A stretch of 30,100 nucleotides of DNA from Paramecium tetraurelia. Its lineage: Eukaryota. Below are positions 25,799 through 30,100 of this stretch, piece after piece. The notes under the pieces were generated by a model. The model was not told where the DNA came from. It ran no database searches and saw nothing but the letters and a program-made list of their open reading frames with translations. The position numbers were made by a program, and so were the translations under genes. The DNA lies in NCBI GenBank assembly GCA_000165425.1, contig CT868075.1:62001-92100 (forward strand), in the 5' to 3' direction. How positions within the stretch are numbered: position 1 is the stretch's first letter; each line of letters begins with the position of its first letter.

Positions 25799-26628
25799 AT
25801 GGCTTTTACTTTAGGCACAGCATGTTATTTTCTCAACAAATAAACTAATATGGAAATTGACTTTAATTAATATTGTGGTATTTTAACATGAATAACTAGA
25901 AAAGCATGAATTATAAAGCATGGTAACCGAATGTACAAAATTTTTTGTACGCAAAGCTAACATCCAACCCTAAATAGCATTTTAGGAATTGTATAAATAT
26001 TTAATAATATCAATTTAAGTGTTTAATGTTATTTCAAAGGAGAAACAGTTTTGTTAAGACCCTATCAATAAATTTGTAATTCAAAAATGAATCGATTGGT
26101 TTTCGTGATTAATTTCAATAAAGTATGAGAGCTTATAACAATTAGATTTTTGAAAGTTTCGAAGATAAGTCAGGATTTGATTATTACTAACTTACTAAAT
26201 TATTATGCTCAGATTTCCCGAGAGAAATAGTTGTTAGCTCGCTCTCCTTATATGCAAATTTTGATGAGGTAATTTGTTTGTTGTCATGAAGGAATTGCTT
26301 TTCAAGAAAACTTTCACTTTACTACAATTCTGTAAAGCTCTTTTATTTGAACTATTATTTGAAAATATTTTTTAAGAATTAAATGCTAAATTGAATAGTA
26401 ATGGAATAATTGATAGTGTTTTACCAATTTTAAAGAAATACTATCCAACAAATGATGAATAGTTATATTTACCAAATCCAGCTGCTGTTTTTGAATGCCT
26501 GATAAAGCTAAGTAATGAAAAAAATAAAGCATGTTTAAATCCAATTCTACCATTTACAGTGGACATGTTTTCAAGTATTTATTTTTGTAATTATTATAGC
26601 TCAAATATTTAAATGGAGGGATAGTTGA
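25799..26628 (+). CDS. CSTPP1/C11orf49 (UPF0705)-like protein, putative tubulin polyglutamylase complex regulator
   Basis: Introns at 25878-25899, 25991-26019, 26123-26145, 26269-26291 and 26575-26599; TGA at 26626-26628; alternative start at 25850. The segments YFKGETVLLRPYQQICNSKMNRLVFVINFNKIF and DYYQLTKLLCSDFPREIV resemble my recollection of C11orf49 (G-HILFREF..V..T..NR.SF; EYHCLLQLLCPDFP). Confidence 0.68.
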
Positions 26629-26777
26629 GTTTACCAGCCTTAAATAGCAATTGTTTAAAAAATACAAAAGTTGATGCCCAACTTACAAAAATTGATTAAT
26701 CTAATTGAGAATTCTAATCAGAGAATATAGGATAGCACAAGATTAGATGAGGATGAAAATAAAAAGAAAAAATAAAA

Positions 26778-27771
26778 ATGAAAATTTATAATTAATTAAA
26801 TTATTGATATAATAGAAATGATTGCTCCGATAACCCTTCTATGCTAGTTGAGGATCTAATTGGAAATTGGGAGTTTGTTCAAGTGATTTAATTAATTATC
26901 ATTTCAGGCAGTGCTTCTCAAAATCCAATTAAATCAGAGGTATCATCAGGAAAATATAACGATTCGATGGTTCTTGATATTTAATTTAAAAAAGACGCAA
27001 TGCAAATCGTGATGAAAAGAGTGCAATACACAATAAAATTGAAAGCAGCCATATAAATTAATATGCAAAATGCTAATCTTTACTGAAATATCTTAGGTTC
27101 CACTGCGACATCATTTATGCTTCAAGGGCAATCAGAACATACAATTGAAAGCGCTCGATATGATTTAAAAATGCAAATTGAAATAAAATTGATATTTTGT
27201 ATTCTTTTTTTTATATCTGAATTCAGCGCCAGAGTTACCAAAGCGGTAGTTTCAATAATATCCGAAATTTCAAGCGCATATCAACCATTGTTTGTAATTT
27301 ATGACTTTACATTAGTGGCTTCTACTACTTCTTCAAATACTACAATCAATACTTCTGAAAAAAAAATAAAGCAACAACATAACAACTTTTTCTTCGACGA
27401 AAGCTTCTACCAATTTTCACCAATCTCTTAGGATCATAATTAGATGCCAATCCAGCATATTCTATGTATGTAGGATCTAAAACTATCCCAAGTTGAATTA
27501 TCATTTAATATATCTTAGATTGTGATGAAAATATGAATGGGTATATCAGAAGTTTTATCTTGCAAATCACAAAAACTTAACTAGATACTTTTCACACTTA
27601 TTTTTTAAGCAACTCAAAATTCTCTGAAAATGGTAATAATAGGGCTATTTAGTTGACAAATGATATAATGCTTAAGAAAGGAGGAGCAGCTTGTGAAGAG
27701 TAGTTTGTTTCCTTATCTCCTTCTTTATCCTTTACATTTTTCTTAATTATTTCATATTCAAGTTGTTATGA
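26778..27771 (+). pseudogene. Alpha-carbonic-anhydrase-like pseudogene with a hydrophobic C-terminal anchor
   Basis: Alpha-CA-like motifs occur in order but in different frames: YAS*GSNWKLGVC..SQNPI, QSEHTIESARYDLKMQI, KAVVSII, YSMYVGSKTIPNCDEN, ITKTQLDTF, GNNRAIQ, then SFFILYIFLNYFIFKLL-TGA. In-frame TGA at 26849-26851 and 27084-27086; frameshifts near 27400 and 27715. Intron remnants at 26883-26907 and 27492-27518. Confidence 0.75.
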
Positions 27772-28016
27772 TCATTCAATATTATTTATTCACATTAGAT
27801 CAGTAAAAATCAATATATCCTAATTTCTTTTGAGAAATTTTTATGTCTGTAAATTGTTCCGCAAATCCAAATATACACCCTATGAAAGGATTTTTCAACG
27901 ATATTTCTATCAAGATGTTGCTATAAAACATAAGTTGATTTTGATAAATAAACATTAGAAATTAAAATTATTTGAACATACAGAAAAATTGATTTATATA
28001 TCATAAACAGATAATT

Positions 28017-29500
28017 TCATTACCTGTGGAGATATGCAATAACAATAGATATGTCGTCAATAACTTCATCTTCTTCTTACCATCTTTTGGTTGACTCTCT
28101 AACGATGATTTCACATATGTCATCTATCTTTTAGCTGTCATATTAGGACTCTAATGGGATATAACAATTTTTAGATTTTTTCATTTGAAAAAAACTCCCA
28201 AACTCCATCGCTTGCTACCACCAAAAATGCATAATTAGATTCCATTTTGTAATGAATGATTTCAGGTTCTGAACTAACACGTACTGTTGAAGCACCATAA
28301 TCTCCAAAAGACCTGCTTAGAGCTAATCCTGGAATTTGTTCATGCTATAGCCAAAACTCTTGCTGGACCAATTTTTTCTCCAGTTTCTATAATATATGGC
28401 TCAACTCTTCCACGATTTATATGATCCTTTCAAACTTTGAAGGTAAATCAGGTTTATAATCATTGGACAACTCCACTAAATGCCACTTATTAAAATTTTG
28501 TTATTCTATAAAATCTAATTATTATTATCTATCCCATTTACCGATCTAGAATCTCCAATATTTGCACACTATAAATGAAGCCCAGAAACCAAAACCAAAG
28601 AACATGTTGTTCCACTAAAAGTAATATCAATTCCAGAATTTGACAAATCCTTTGTCATTTTAATAAAACTCTAATTCAAAACCTTTTATATTTCAGATTC
28701 GTAAGCTTCACTTATATCTTATTCTTATTTTCCAATAAAATTTTTTATAAACTGATCAATTATTGTTAGAATTACTTTTTTGATAAGAAACATAGTGTCC
28801 ATAGACTCCATGTCCATCACAAACTGAGAAAATGTATTCGTTTTTGACTCCACCTAAATTATTGGTAATTACAACACTATCATAATTGGTTTTCTTTTGA
28901 CCATTTCCATTTTAACCAGCTTGAGACCTTAATTTATAACTATGAGACTTTGAAAAGAACAATTAAACGTAATCTTACATCTCACATTCATTGGTAAGGT
29001 TATTCACTAATGTTGCCTAGCTTGTTGATCTTCCAAGTAACATTACCATTTATTATGGCATTTTTGGCTTTATGCTTGTAACTTAATCAACTGTTTATGA
29101 TGCCATTTTTGCTCTTGAAAAATTAGCTTTTTGTTTAGGGGAGGTATCTTGAAGTAATTTAATTATTTATGCTCTACTCTTTGTACAAATTATACTGATG
29201 GTGTAACTTCATTGCTTGCATCCGTTCTTTTACTTCTTTTCTAAGCTAATCCTATATCGATTTTTTATAAGATGTTCTAACTTGATGTACTTTCTGCTTT
29301 TTTTAAATTATGTAATTTTGTTGGAGATGGTACCTATATATATTTTTGTAACTACTTGGCTACAATAAAGATAACCTCTATTGTTGTATCTAAGATAAAA
29401 TATTTGAAATTACCATTTTCACTTTAACATCCGATATCCCATTACTTGCAGTAGAATATCTATTCAGTTGCATTTTACTCCTTTGCTTATTATTGCCCAT
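28017..29500 (-). pseudogene. Protein phosphatase 2C (PPM) pseudogene
   Basis: Motifs RSQAG..KTNYD, FSVCDGHG, FSGTTC, ANIGDSRS, PGLALSRSFGD, FLVVASDGVWEF and DEVIDDISIVI. Frameshifts near 28417, 28355 and 28130, the substitution DHKP->DYKP, and no canonical intron that restores the frame after GDSRS. The 5' limit is uncertain (ATG at 29500 or about 29686). Confidence 0.85.
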
Positions 29501-30100
29501 TTCTAAATTAATCTTATTTATATACATCACAGTAGACATATTTATAATATTAAATCGTTCTGATGGATATTATTATCCCTTATTTTTGTCTCTCACTTGC
29601 TAATGGAGAACTAGCACTGGATTATTAGTTATGTGATTATGATTGTGACTCAATAAATTTAAAGGAAATACTTCCACTGGGTTCATGGAATAATATTTTA
29701 TTTACTTATATAACTTTAATACAACTTTCTTTCAGAAAGTGTAATCACATTAGTTTTTTAAAACCCAAATTGAATATAACTGATCTTCCTACTTTATAGT
29801 TTTTGTTTAAAAAAAATTTACGTCTGTCAGAACATTTCCAATAAACACAACTTTGGGTACTCATAATTGTACTTTATCCTTATAAATTAGAATTGCATAT
29901 GACTGGAGAACGTTTATGATGATCTAGGTTGAAGAGGTTTCCTAAAACTTTCCCCACATACAAAGTATAAACTGGATCTTATGGTATGGAGTTGGAAATC
30001 CCTCTTCTTCAGAATGTCAAATCGAACTAAGGTTCTATTCCGTTGGCAAGGTTGCCCGAAAATCATAAAAATATATCTTAACAGACCTCTCAGGGTTTGG

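Noticed and set aside
29760..30100. Possible gene fragment at the right edge
   Set aside because: Partly open frames exist on both strands, but no start or motif allows a strand or product to be assigned.

Overview
AT-rich, gene-dense ciliate nuclear DNA, most likely Paramecium macronuclear genome. Conserved proteins read through TAA/TAG as Gln and stop only at TGA (genetic code 6), and they are interrupted by tiny 22-29 nt GT-AG introns. The supplied standard-code ORF track therefore shows only fragments, so I re-translated genes by hand. From left to right the window holds: a small unknown protein, mitochondrial F1 ATP synthase beta, a NIF/FCP1-like phosphatase, a coiled-coil protein (- strand) head-to-head with a LACTB2-like metallo-beta-lactamase carrying a 1-nt frameshift, ALG5, a large Cys-rich multi-pass membrane protein, a 2-TM receptor-like protein (HAMP-like/TPR-like/VWA-like), a small unknown protein, Hsp110 with HSE-like promoter motifs, RPN2 (- strand), an EF-hand protein, an unknown protein, a CSTPP1/C11orf49-like protein, and two convergent decaying pseudogenes (alpha-carbonic anhydrase-like and PP2C). 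Family assignments come from motif recognition and memory; no database search was run. No rRNA, tRNA, CRISPR or mobile element was recognised.
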